Below, in pieces: positions 38,802 to 50,129 of a stretch of 64,000 nucleotides of DNA; the first letter of the stretch is position 1, and each line of letters begins with the position of its first letter. The stretch covers positions 95,110,001 through 95,174,000 of the forward strand of contig NC_086097.1 of the NCBI RefSeq assembly GCF_963921235.1, given 5' to 3'. The DNA comes from Mobula hypostoma (lineage: Eukaryota). The position numbers were made by a program, and so were the translations under genes. Below the pieces are notes generated by a model. The model was not told the origin of the DNA. It ran no database searches and saw only the letters and a program-made list of their open reading frames with translations.

Positions 38802-39603
38802 CAATAGATTCTGGTTAATTGGGCTATTGGTTAATCAGGGCAGCTACTTATTCAGGACAAATTTTAAAGAACAAAAACAAAGCAAGAAAATAGCTGGGAT
38901 TTCCTTCATTTATTTGGGACACTATGCTGCTTAATTGAGGCAGGAGACTATTGCCGAACGTTTTCTAACTAGTGTCAGTCACATGCACGTCATGTGGCCA
39001 TTAAATATTACATAGTGTTTAAAGCAAGCAGTTTTTAAATAGCATTGGTAGCATGTTTATGTTCAAAAAGCAATGATTTTTGTCACTGATAGTTGACGAG
39101 TAATAAACCATTAGATAAATTACTCTCTGCTTTTTCATGTATTCAGGCTTGGAATGCCAGAACTGGCATTTTACTCCTTCAACAAGTTAGGCACTATGAA
39201 GAATTTGAAGACATTGACAATCATCTTGAATGTTACAATGGAAATGAAGATGTGGAGGATACAATTGTCCAAAGCATTGTATGAAGGCAATCCATTATCT
39301 GCAATAGGTGTCTGCTCTGACTTTGCTCATTTATAATCCATCAAAAGAATAAGTCAGTGTACAATGATTGAATTCCTCTGTCAATAACTATCAGGAACTA
39401 ATACACAGTTTTATACTGCTCTACCAGTATTGGTCATGTTCTAATTTGTTCTGTATTTCTTTTAACTACATAATTTTTTTTACACAGTTTGTCTTTTTAT
39501 ACCTTTTTAACTACTTCCATGAAACTTCGGCTAATTGGGACAGCTGCTTATTGGAACAAAATATACTGGTCCTGAGTGTGTCCCAATTAACTGGAATCCA
39601 CTG
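38802..39603 (+). mobile_element. Tigger-like MITE
   Basis: caatagattctggttaattggg…cccaattaactggaatccactg|TA. Homologous to 11318-12063. Confidence 0.8.
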
Positions 39604-40236
39604 TATTTCAAAAGTATTTCTGTCTCTGCAAAGTGCCAATAAGTCATTCCGAGATTACGATTAACACCTTGTATAAGATTCTCACTTTTCCCAGACTGGA
39701 AATCCTGCTGTACATCACAAACACTGTTTATTCTCTATGTCAAAGGTATCCTTACAAGAGTACACTGCAGTCAACCCCAATGTATCTGCGTTTTCCAGCA
39801 GCATTCACAGGTGAGTGGCTGGGTTGTGAGGCCTGGGTGCTACTTCCCCATCACTAACCCAGTGGTGTTGAAGTCAACGATGCACAGTGGTGTAGATAAT
39901 ACAGCTGCAGTCCAGAGACCTGGGTTCAGTCCTGGCCTCCAGTACTTCTGTTGAGAGTTAACATGTTTTCCCTGTCACCACATGTATTTCCTCTGTGGGC
40001 TCTGCTTTCCTCCTACATCCCAAAGATATGCAGGTTGGTGGGTTAACTGGCCACAGTAGAATGACTTGAATGTTTCAGCATGTGGTGGAAGCTAAGTGCA
40101 TTGATGTGAATGTGGGGATTAGTGTAAATGGTAGCTGATGTTCAGTGTAGACTCATTGGGCCCAGGCTCCGGTTTTCATGCCGTATCTCTCTATCACTCC
40201 ATGGCAGAGAGCACAAAATTGAGCAGATACTTGGAA

Positions 40237-42429
40237 GCCCTCACTTCGGGAAGTCTGATCACCTGGCTGTACTTCTACTCCCTGAGTAAAGGCAGAGATT
40301 GAAAACTGCAGCACCAGCAATGAGGACCAAGAAGGTATGGACAAGGGAAGCACAGGAGCACCTACAGGACTGCTTTGAATCGGTGGACTGGGCTGTATTC
40401 AGGGATTCATCTTTGAATCTGGATGAATATGCTGCAGTTACCGACTTCATTAAAACCTGTGTGGATGAGTGTGTGCCTACAAAGACTCACTGAACATTCC
40501 CAACCAAAAGCCCTGATGAACCAGGATGTTCGTCGTCTGCTAAAGGATTGATCTGTGACATTCAAGTCTAGCAACCCAGGTATGATTTGCGGAGGGCTAT
40601 TCAAGGGCAAAGAGACAATTTTGAATGAGGTTAGAGGTGATATCAGATGCATGGCAACTCTGGCAGAGTCTGCAAAACATTACTTCCTACAAAGCGAAAC
40701 CCAATAGTATGAATGGCAGCTATGTTTCACTACCAGATGAACTCGATGCTTTCTATGTACGCTTTGAAAGGGAGAACACAACTACAGCTGTGAAGATCTC
40801 TGCTACATCTGATGACCTTGTGATCTCCGTCTCAGAGGCTGATGTTAGACTGTCTTTAAAGAGAGTGAACCCTCACAAGGCAGAATATCCCGATGGAGTA
40901 CCTGTTCCAACCAACTAGCGGGAGTATTCAAGGACGTTTTCGCCTCTCACTGCTACAGGCAGAAGAACCCACTTGTTTCAAAAAGGCAACAATTACACCT
41001 GTGCCTAAAAAGAATAATGTGAGCTGCCTTAACGACTATCGCCCGGAAGCACTCACTTCGACAGTGATGAAAAGCTTTGAGAGGTTGGTTATGACTAGAC
41101 TGAACTCCTGCCTCAGCAAGGACCTGGACCCATTGCAATTTGCCTATCATCACAATAGGTCAGCGGCAGATGCAATTTCAATGGCTCTCCACACAGCTTT
41201 ACACCATCTACGTCAGGAAGCTTTTATTGACTACAGCTCAGCATTTAATACCATCATTCCCACAATCCTGATTGAGAAGTTGCAGAACCTGGGCCTCCGT
41301 ACCTCCCTCTGCAATTGGATTCTCGACTTCCTAACCGGAAGACAACAATCTCTGGGGTACTGCAAGCCTGTGTTCAGAATCTGTGTGGATTGGTGATAAC
41401 ATATCCTCCTCGCTGATGATCAACACTGGTGCACCTCAGGGGTGTGTGCTTAGCCCTCTGCTCTACTCTCTGTATACACATGACTGTGTGGCTAGGCATA
41501 GCTCAAATACCATCTATAACTTTGCTGATGATACAACCATTGCTGGTAGAATCTCAGGTGGTGACGAGAGGGTGTACAGGAGTGAGATATGCCAACTAGT
41601 GGAGTGGTGCCACAGCAACAACCTGGCACTCAATGTCAGTAAGACGAAAGAGCTGATTGTGGACTTCAGGAAGGGTAAGACGAAGGAACACATACCAATC
41701 CTCATAGAGGGATCAGAAGTGGAAAGTGTGAGCAGCTTCAAGTTCCTGGGTGTCAAGATCTCTGAGGATCTAACCTGGTCCCAACATATCAATGTAATTA
41801 TAAAGAAGGCAAGACAGCAGCTATACTTTATTTGGAGTTTGAAGAGATTTGGCATGTCAACAAATACACTCAAAAACTTCTATAGATGTACCGTGGAGAG
41901 CATTCTGACAGGCTGCATCACTGTCTGGTATGGAGGGGCTACTGCACAGGACAGAGAGAAGCTGCAGAAGGTTGTAAATCTAGTCAGCGCCATCTTGGGC
42001 ACTAGCCTACAAAGTACCCACGACATCTTTAGGAAGCGGTGTCTCAGAAAGGCAGCGTCCATTATTAAAGACCTCCAGCACCCAGGGCATGCCCTTTTCT
42101 CACTGTTACCATCAGGTAGGAGGTACAGAAGCCGGAAGGCACACACTCAGTGATTCAGGAACAGCTTCTTCCCCTCTGCCATCCGATTCCTAAATGGACA
42201 TTGAACCCTTGGACACTATCTCACTTTTTTTTAATATACAGTATTTCTGTTTTTGCATTTTTCCCGTTTATTCCATATACATAATTGATTTATTAGTTTA
42301 TTTATTATTATTATGTTTTATTTTGTTTAATATTATGTTTTCTCTCTGCTAGATTATGTGTTGCAATAAACTGCTGCTTCGAAGTCAACAAATTTCACGT
42401 CACATGCCAGTGATAATAAACCTGATTCT
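40237..42429 (+). mobile_element. Rex1/Babar LINE (5'-truncated), present in the right arm only
   Basis: [26 protein letters not shown] and FADD motifs. The empty site ttggaa|tctaccc is at ~21420-21430. Confidence 0.92.
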
Positions 42430-43020
42430 GAATCTACCCTGGCATTGCCTGCAGTTTAGAAACAAGAGACCACAGATGCAACAAAACAACACCTGCAACA
42501 CTTGGCCCCGGTCACCATGTCTCCTTCCACTCCACTCTCTCCATCTGCCCCTTATGCCACAACTCATTATACTGGCTTCCCTCTGTTCTATTCCCCTCTG
42601 CTCTCCCACACTCCTCTCTTTATCCCATGATTCACCTTCCTCTCCTATCAAATTCCATCATATTCAGCCCTTGTCACCTCCACCAATCAGCTCCCAGCTT
42701 CTAGCCCTATTCTATCACCCCCAGTTACATGGATCCACCTATCACCTGCCAGCTCTCACCCCACCCCTTCCTCCTCCTCTTTCTACTGACCATCTCCCTA
42801 TATCTTTCAGTTCAGAATAATGGACTTGACCCAAAACATCACATGTCCAATTCCCCCCACAGATGCTGCTGATTCATTTCATTCCTCCAGTGGTTTGAGA
42901 ATTGCTCAGCATTTATTAGTTTAACCTGTTGCACAAAATTTTATGCAGCAATTTATCAAAAGTTTAGGAAATTAGCATTAACTCCAATATTTTGTGATCT
43001 ATCCATTGTAATCAAGCTGT

Positions 43021-43239
43021 TGTGGCGACCCACTTTCTACACAAGCGAACCGGCTCACAAAATAGCCTGCGTGCAGGGAGAGACTTTTGTAATGCACCTC
43101 TGACGTCATTTCCGCCCAGAGAGGGCTGGAAGGGAACTGCTTAAAAGCCAGTGCCGCGAAGTTTGAATAAACGAATCTCGAGTGCGACTTACAGACTGCG
43201 TGTCGTTATTTCTAGCTCTGTGTGTAGCACATCACTACA
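43021..43239 (+). repeat. 5' LTR (219 bp)
   Basis: Direct repeat of 49912-50129. Contains TGACGTCA and AATAAA. Confidence 0.95.
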
Positions 43240-43240
43240 T

Positions 43241-43254
43241 TGGTGACCCCAACG
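43241..43254 (+). promoter_or_regulatory. Primer binding site, tRNA-Trp-like
   Basis: TGGTGACCCCAACG just after the LTR, compared with the tRNA-Trp PBS TGGTGACCCCGACG. Confidence 0.8.
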
Positions 43255-43278
43255 GTCCAAACGGAATTTGGACCAAAG

Positions 43279-43977
43279 ATGATCGACTCTTCATCTGTTC
43301 ACACAGTTTTGCTAAAACTGCCAACTTTCTGGACGCTGCGACCACACACGTGGTTTGACCAAGCAGAAGCCCAGATTCGGCAGATATCTTCTGATTCCAC
43401 ACGTTACTATTACGCGGTGAGCTCCCTTGACCAGGAGACAGCCGCACGGGTTGGGGATTTCATACAGCCACCCCCTGAAGAAGGCAAATATGCAGCATTC
43501 AAAGCGCTGCTCATAGAGACCTTTGGCCTCTCATGGTATGAGCGAGGTGCCCGCTTGCTGCACCTGGACTGTTTGGAAGACAGGCTGCTGTCAGCATTAA
43601 TGAACGAGATGCTGGCCCTGGCTGAAGGACACAAGCCCTGCCTCATGTTTGAGCAGGTGTTCCTAGAACAACTGCCCGAGGACATACATCTGCTGCTGGC
43701 CGATGCAGATTTCAGTAACCCCCGGAAGGTGGCGGCCCGGGCAGATGTGCTGTGGAAAGCCAAGAGGGAGAGCGGGGCGTCCATCGGACAGATTACCAAG
43801 CCACACGCCCAACAGCAGGCCAGATCAGGCCCAGCAACGGAGCGCACACAACCCAGAGGCAGGAGTGAGGAGGCCAATGGACAGTGGTGTTTCTACCACC
43901 AGCGGTGGGGCACAGAAGCTCGCCATTGTCGCCCGCCCTGCAAGTTCCCAGGAAACGCCAGGGCCAGCCGCCGCTAA
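43279..43977 (+). CDS. gag: Gypsy Gag (intact ORF) with a Cx2Hx9Cx3C knuckle
   Basis: LKLPTFW…WFDQAE at the N-terminus and CFYHQRWGTEARHCRPPC at the C-terminus. Confidence 0.85.
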   Translation: MIDSSSVHTVLLKLPTFWTLRPHTWFDQAEAQIRQISSDSTRYYYAVSSLDQETAARVGDFIQPPPEEGKYAAFKALLIETFGLSWYERGARLLHLDCLEDRLLSALMNEMLALAEGHKPCLMFEQVFLEQLPEDIHLLLADADFSNPRKVAARADVLWKAKRESGASIGQITKPHAQQQARSGPATERTQPRGRSEEANGQWCFYHQRWGTEARHCRPPCKFPGNARASRR

Positions 43978-45657
43978 TGGCTACGGGACAAACAGTCGGG
44001 ACGCCGGTTCTTGGTCAACACCGGAGCGGAGATCAGCGTCGTACCCCCCGACGGGGTATGACACCCACAACAGGGCGACGGGACCCACCCTGAAGGCCAC
44101 AAACAGCAGCACGATTCGGACCTACGGCACCCGCACAGTGCAGCTAAAGTTTGGCGCCAGCCAGTTCACGTGGGACTTCACACTGGCCGCAGTGGCCCAA
44201 CCACTCCTGGGGGTGGACTTCTTGCAAGCCCACAGCCTGCTGGTTGACTTGCAAGGGAAAAGACTGGTTCATGCCTAGACTTTTCAGACATTCTCCCTGG
44301 GTGAAGCCAAGTTGCCGGCCCCACACCTGGACTCCATCATGCTGTCTGACAATGAATTCATCAGAATCCTGGCGGACTTTCCATCGGTTCTGGCACTGCA
44401 GTTCACGGCAGCCATGACCAGACACAGAGTACAGCACCACATTCCGACCCAGGGACCACCCCTCCACACCCACGCATGAAGGCTCCCCCCGGACAAGCTC
44501 CGCCTGGCGAAGGAGGAGTTCAAGAGGATGAAGGAATTGGGAATCGTACGGCGGTCCGACAGCCCATGGGCCTCCCCCTTGCACATGGTGCCCAAAGCAG
44601 CCAGGGGCTGGAGACCATGTGGCGACTACCGCAGACTGAACGAGGCTACAACTCCAGACTGCTATCCCGTGCCGCACATACAGGACTTCACAGCAAACCT
44701 GCATGAGGCAAGCATCTTTTCCAAAGTAGACCATGTCCGGGGGTACCATCGAATCCCGGTACACCCTAAAGACATCCCCAAAACAGCACTCATCACCCCG
44801 TTCGGCCTGTTCGAATTCCTCCGAATGTGGTTCGGCCTGAAGAATGCCACACAGACGTTCCAGCGACTAATGAATGCGGTGGGTCGTGACCTGGACTTTG
44901 CATTCATCTATTTGGACGACATCCTCATAGCCAGCAGTAGTTGTCAGGAGCATCTGTCCCACCTCTGCCAGCTCTACTCCCGCCTGAGTGATTTCGGCCT
45001 CACGATCAACCCAGCCAAATGTCAGTTCAGACTCGACACCATCGACTTCCTGGGCCACAGGATTACCAAAATACGGGGCAACACCTCTGCCCGCCAAGGT
45101 AGACGCGATCCGCCACTTTGCCCGGCCCAACACAGTCAAAGGCCTGCAGGAGTTTGTTGGTATGGTGAACTTCCACCACCGCTTCCTCCCCTCAGCAGCC
45201 CGTATCATGCACCCTTTGTACACCCTGATGTCGGGTAAAGGCAAGGACATTACTTGGGACGAAGAGGCCGCGGCCACGTTCATTAAAGCCAAGGTAGCCT
45301 TGGCAGATGCCACGATGCTGGTGAACCCCAGAACGGATGTTCCAACTGCCCTCACAGTGGATGCATCCAACACAGCAGTCGGTGGGGTGCTGGAGCAACT
45401 CATTGAGAGGCACTGGCAACCCCCGCCATTCTTCAGCAGGCACCTACAGCCACCCGAACTCAAGTACAGTGCTTTCGACCGGGAGCTGTTGGTACTATAT
45501 CTGGCAATCCGGTATTTCAGGTACTTCTTAGAAGGCAGGCCGTTCACCGCGTTCACAGACCACAAACCGTTGACCTTCGCGTTCACGAAGGCGTCCGATC
45601 CCTGGTCAGCCCACCAGCAGTGACATCTGTCCTACATCTCCGAGTACATGACGGACA
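43950..45657 (+). pseudogene. pol: Gypsy pol (protease, RT, RNase H) with stops and frameshifts
   Basis: FLVNTGAEIS (protease, catalytic D changed to N), SPWASPLHMV, YLDD, TVDAS, YSAFDRELL and TDHKPL motifs. Confidence 0.92.
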
Positions 45658-48556
45658 TAGAACATAGAACATAGAACAGTACAGCACAGTTCAGGCCCTT
45701 CGGCCCACAATGTTTTGCCAACCCTCAAACCCTGCCTCTCATATAAGCCCCCACCTTAGATTCCTCCATATACCTGTCTAGTAGTCTCTTAAAATTCACT
45801 AGTGTATCTGCCTCCACCACTGAAGGCAGTGCATTCCATGCACCAACCACTCTCTGAGTAAAAAACCTTCCTCTAATATCCCCCTTGAACTTCCCACCCC
45901 ATACCTTAAAGCCATGTCCTCTTGTATTGAGCAGTGGTGCCCTGGGGAAGAGGCGCTGGCTATCCACTCTATCTATTCCTCTTATTATCTTGTACACCTC
46001 TATCATATCTCCTCTCATCCTCCTTCTCTCCAAAGAGTAAAGCCCTAGCTCCCTTAATCTCTGATCATAATGCATACTTTCTAAACCAGGCAGCATTCTG
46101 GTAAATCTCCTCTGTACCCTTTCCAATGCTTCCACATCCTTCCTATAGTGAGGTGACCAGAACTGGACACAGTACTCCAAGTGTGGCCTAACCAGAGTTT
46201 TATAGAGCTGCATCATTACACGCAACTCTTAAACTCTATCCCTCGACTTATGAAAGCTAACACCCCATAAGCTTTCTTAACTACCCTATCCACCTGTGAG
46301 GCAACTTTCAGGGATCTGTGGACATGTACCCCCAGATCCCTCTGCTCCTCCACACTACCAAGTATCCTGCCATTTACTTTGTACTCTGCCTTGGAGTTTG
46401 TCCTTCCAAAGTGTACCATCTCACACTTCTCCGGGTTGAACTCCATCTGCCACTTCTCAGCCCACTCCTGCATCCTATCAATGTCTCTCTGCAATCTTTG
46501 ACAATCCTCTACACTATCTACAACACCACCAACCTTTGTGTCATCTGCAAACTTGCCAACCCACCCTTCTACCCCCACATCCAGGTCGTTAATAAAAATC
46601 ACGAAAAGTAGAGGTCCCAGAATAGAACCTTGTGGGACACCACTAGTCACAATCCTCCAATCTGAATGTACTCCCTCCACCACCACCCTCTGCCTTCTGC
46701 AGGCAAGCCAATTCTGAATCCACCCAGCCAAATTTCCCTGGATCCCATGCCTTCTAACTTTCTGAATAAGCCTACCGTGTGGAACCTTGTCAAATGCCTT
46801 ACTAAAATCCATATAGGTCACATCCACTGCACTACCCTCATCTATATGCCTGGTCACCTCCTCAAAGAACTCTATCAGGCTTGTTAGACATGATCTGCCC
46901 TTCACAAAGCCATGCTGACTGTCCCTGATCAGACCACGATTCTCTAAATGCCTATAGATCCTATCTCTAAGAATCTTTTCCAACAGCTTTCCCACCACAG
47001 ACATAAGGCTCACTGGTCTATAATTACCCGGACTATCCCTACTACCTTTTTTGAACAATGGGACAACATTCGCCTCCCTCCAATCCTCCGGTACCATTCC
47101 CGTGGACAACGAGGACATAAAGATCCTAGCCAGAGGCTCAGCAATCTCTTCTCTCGCCTCGTGGAGCAGCCTGGGGAATATTCCGTCAGGCCCCGGGGAC
47201 TTATCTATCCTAATGTATTTTAACAACTCCAACACCTCCTCTCCCTTAATATCAACATGCTCCAGAACATCAACCTCACTCATATTGTCCTCACCATCAT
47301 CAAGTTCCCTCTCATTGGTGAATACCAAAGAGAAGTATTCATTGAGGACCTTGCTCACTTCCACAGCCTCCAGGCACATCTTCCCACCTTTATCTCTAAT
47401 CGGTCCTACCTTCACTCCTGTCATCCTTTTTTTCTTCACATAATTGAAGAATGCCTTGGGGTTTTCCTTTACCCTACTTGCCAAGGCCTTCTCATGCCCC
47501 CTTCTTGCTCTTCTCAGCCCCTTCTTAAGCTCCTTTCTTGCTTCCCTATATTCCTCAATAGACCCATCTGATCCTTGCTTCCTGAACCTCATGTATGCAG
47601 CCTTCTTCCACCTGACTAGATTTTCCACCTCACTTGTCACCCATGGTTCCTTCACCCTACCATTCTTTATCTTCCTCATCGGAACAAATTTATCCCTAAC
47701 ATCCTGCAAGAGATCTCTAAACATCAACCACATGTCCATAGTACATTTCCCTGCAAAAACATCATCCCAATTCACACCCGCAAGTTCTAGCCTTATAGCC
47801 TCATAATTTGCCTCTCCCCAATTAAAAATTTTCCTGTCCTTTCTGATTCTATCCTTTTCCATGATAATGCTAAAGGCCAGGGAGCGTTGGTCACTGTCCC
47901 CCAGATGCCCACCCACTGAGAGATCTGTGACCTGACCTGGTTCATTACCTAGTACTGCATTCCCCCTGGTCAGCCTGTCCACATACTGTGACAGGAATCC
48001 GTCCTGGACACACTTAACAAACTCTGCCCCATCTAAACCCTTGGAACTAATCAGGTGCCAATCAATATTAGGGAAGTTAAAGTTACCCATGATAACAACA
48101 CTGTTATTTTTGCACCTTTCCAAAATCTGCCTCCCAATCTGCTCTTCTGTATCCCTGCTGCTACCAGGGGGCCTATAGAATGTCCCCAGTAGAGTAACTG
48201 CTCCCTTCCTGTTCCTGACTTCCACCCATATTGACTCAAAAGAGAATCCTGCTACATTACCCACCCTTTCTGTAGCTGTAATAGTATCCCTGACCAGTAA
48301 TGCCACCCCTCCTCCCCTTTTTCCGCCCTCTCTATCCCTTGTAAAGCACTGAAATCCAGGAATATTGAGAATCCATTCCTGCCCTGGTGCCAGCCAAGTC
48401 TCTGTAATGGCCACTACATCATAATTCCATGTATGTATCCAAGCTCTCAGTTCATCACCTTTGTTCCTGATGCTTCTTGCATTGAGGTACACACACTTCA
48501 GCCCTTCTACTTTACTGTCTTTACACTGTTTATTCTGCTTCTCTTTCCTCAAAGCC
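45658..48556 (-). mobile_element. Young CR1 LINE inserted in the Gypsy pol; nearly intact ORF2 (EN+RT), no ORF1
   Basis: ORFs 46216-48603 and 45725-46225, with a (gttctat)n tail. Removing it restores the Gypsy sequence …TDIQHVSGKDNIVVDALSR. Confidence 0.95.
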
Positions 48557-48561
48557 GTGTC

Positions 48562-49850
48562 TCCAGCATGTCTCAGGAAAGGACAACATCGTGGTGGACG
48601 CACTCTCCAGACCAGCTATCCAGGCCCTGTCCCAGGGGGTGGACTATGCAGCACTAGCGGAAGCGCAGCAGGCAGACGATGAGATGTCCAGCTACAGGAC
48701 CGCAGTCTCGGGTTTGCAGCTGCAAGACTTCATCGTAGGCCCAGGTGAGAGGACCCTCCTGTGTGACGTAGCTACCGGCCAACCTCGCCCCATCGTCCCG
48801 GCAGCCTGGTGGCGGCGAGTTATTGACTCCATACACAGCTTGGTGCATCCATCTATCAGGACAACCGTCCGATTGGTCTCCAGCAAATTTGTGTGGCACA
48901 GACTTCGCGAACAGGTCAGCAAATGGGCCAAAACATGCACGCAGTGCCAAACGGCCAAGGTGCAGCGGCACACCAAAGCCCCGCCGCAGCGGTTCGAACC
49001 CACCCGCCGGAGGTTCGACCACATTCGTGTGGATATCGTGGGGCCCCTGCCAGTGTCGCGAGGAGCGCGGTACCTCCTAACTATGATAGACCGGTTCACC
49101 AGATGGCCAGAGACAGTCCCGCTCACCGACACCACCTCCGAATCCTGCACCCGAGCACTGATCGCAACCTGGGTAGCACGCTTCAGGATACCGGCCCACA
49201 TTACCTCCGACAGGGGCGCCCAGTTCACCTCCAGCCTGTGGTCGGCTATGGCCAGCCTGTTGGGAACACAATTACACCACACAACTGCCTACCACCCACA
49301 GTCGAACGAACTGGTGGAACGCTTCCACCGTCACTTAAAGTCGGCTCTCATGGCCCGCCTGGAGGGGCCTAACTGGGTTGACGAACTTCCCTGGGTCCTG
49401 CTTGGAATCCGCACGGCACCCAAGGAGGATCTGCACACCTCGTCGGCCGAGTTGGTGTACGGCACACTCCTGGTCGTCCCAGGAGTGTTCATACCAGCCT
49501 CAAGGGGGCAAGAGGAAGAACCCGCAGCAGTCCTGGACAGACTATGCTAAAGGCTCGGCAACCTGGCCCCTGTACCAACTTCACAGCATGGACAAATCCT
49601 GACCTGCGTACCCAAAGACCTGCAGAACTGTAAGTTCGTATTCGTATGACGGGGCAGACACCGGGCACCACTACAGCAGCCGTACGAGGGGCCATTCAAC
49701 GTGATCAGTAACAACGGGTGCACGTACGTTCTGGACATTGGGGGGCAAGAGGAGGTTTTCACGGTGGACCGACTAACACCGGCCCATGTGGACTTGGCAC
49801 AGTCAGCCGAGGTTCAGGCACCGTGGCGCAGAGGCAGACCACCCAAACAG
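48562..49850 (+). pseudogene. Gypsy integrase (HHCC zinc finger, DDE core, GPY/F-like tail)
   Basis: H-x3-H…CTQC, VDIVGP, ITSDRGAQF and VERFH motifs; YEGPF at ~49683. Confidence 0.92.
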
Positions 49851-49911
49851 AGACTGATCCAGACTGTGGACATTGGGGGTGTATCGCCGGCTCTGGGGGT
49901 GGCGGGGGTGT

Positions 49912-50129
49912 TGTGGCCACCCACTTTCTACACAAGCGAACCGGCTCACAAAATAGCCCGCACGCGGGGTGAGACTTTTGTAATACATTTCTGACGTCAT
50001 TTCCGCCTGGAGAGGGCTGGAAGGGAACTGCTTAAAAACCAGTGCTGTGAAGTTTGAATAAGCGAGTCTGGAGTGCGACTTACAGACTGCGTGTCATTAT
50101 TTCTAGCTGTGTGTGTACACATCGCTACA
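49912..50129 (+). repeat. 3' LTR (218 bp), preceded by a G-rich PPT
   Basis: Direct repeat of 43021-43239 with about 20 substitutions and 1 indel (hand count). Confidence 0.95.

Larger units (their letters stand above)
43021..50129 (+). mobile_element. Full-length Ty3/Gypsy LTR retrotransposon, CsRn1-like clade (defective)
   Basis: TG…CA LTRs, 4-bp TSD CTGT (43017-43020, 50130-50133), gag-PR-RT-RH-IN order, PBS and PPT. The empty site is in the left arm at ~20830. Confidence 0.95.

Noticed and set aside
46216..48603. CR1-Gypsy fusion protein (795 aa)
   Set aside because: The N-terminal ~16 residues are antisense Gypsy sequence joined by chance at the insertion junction, and the C-terminus is frameshifted.
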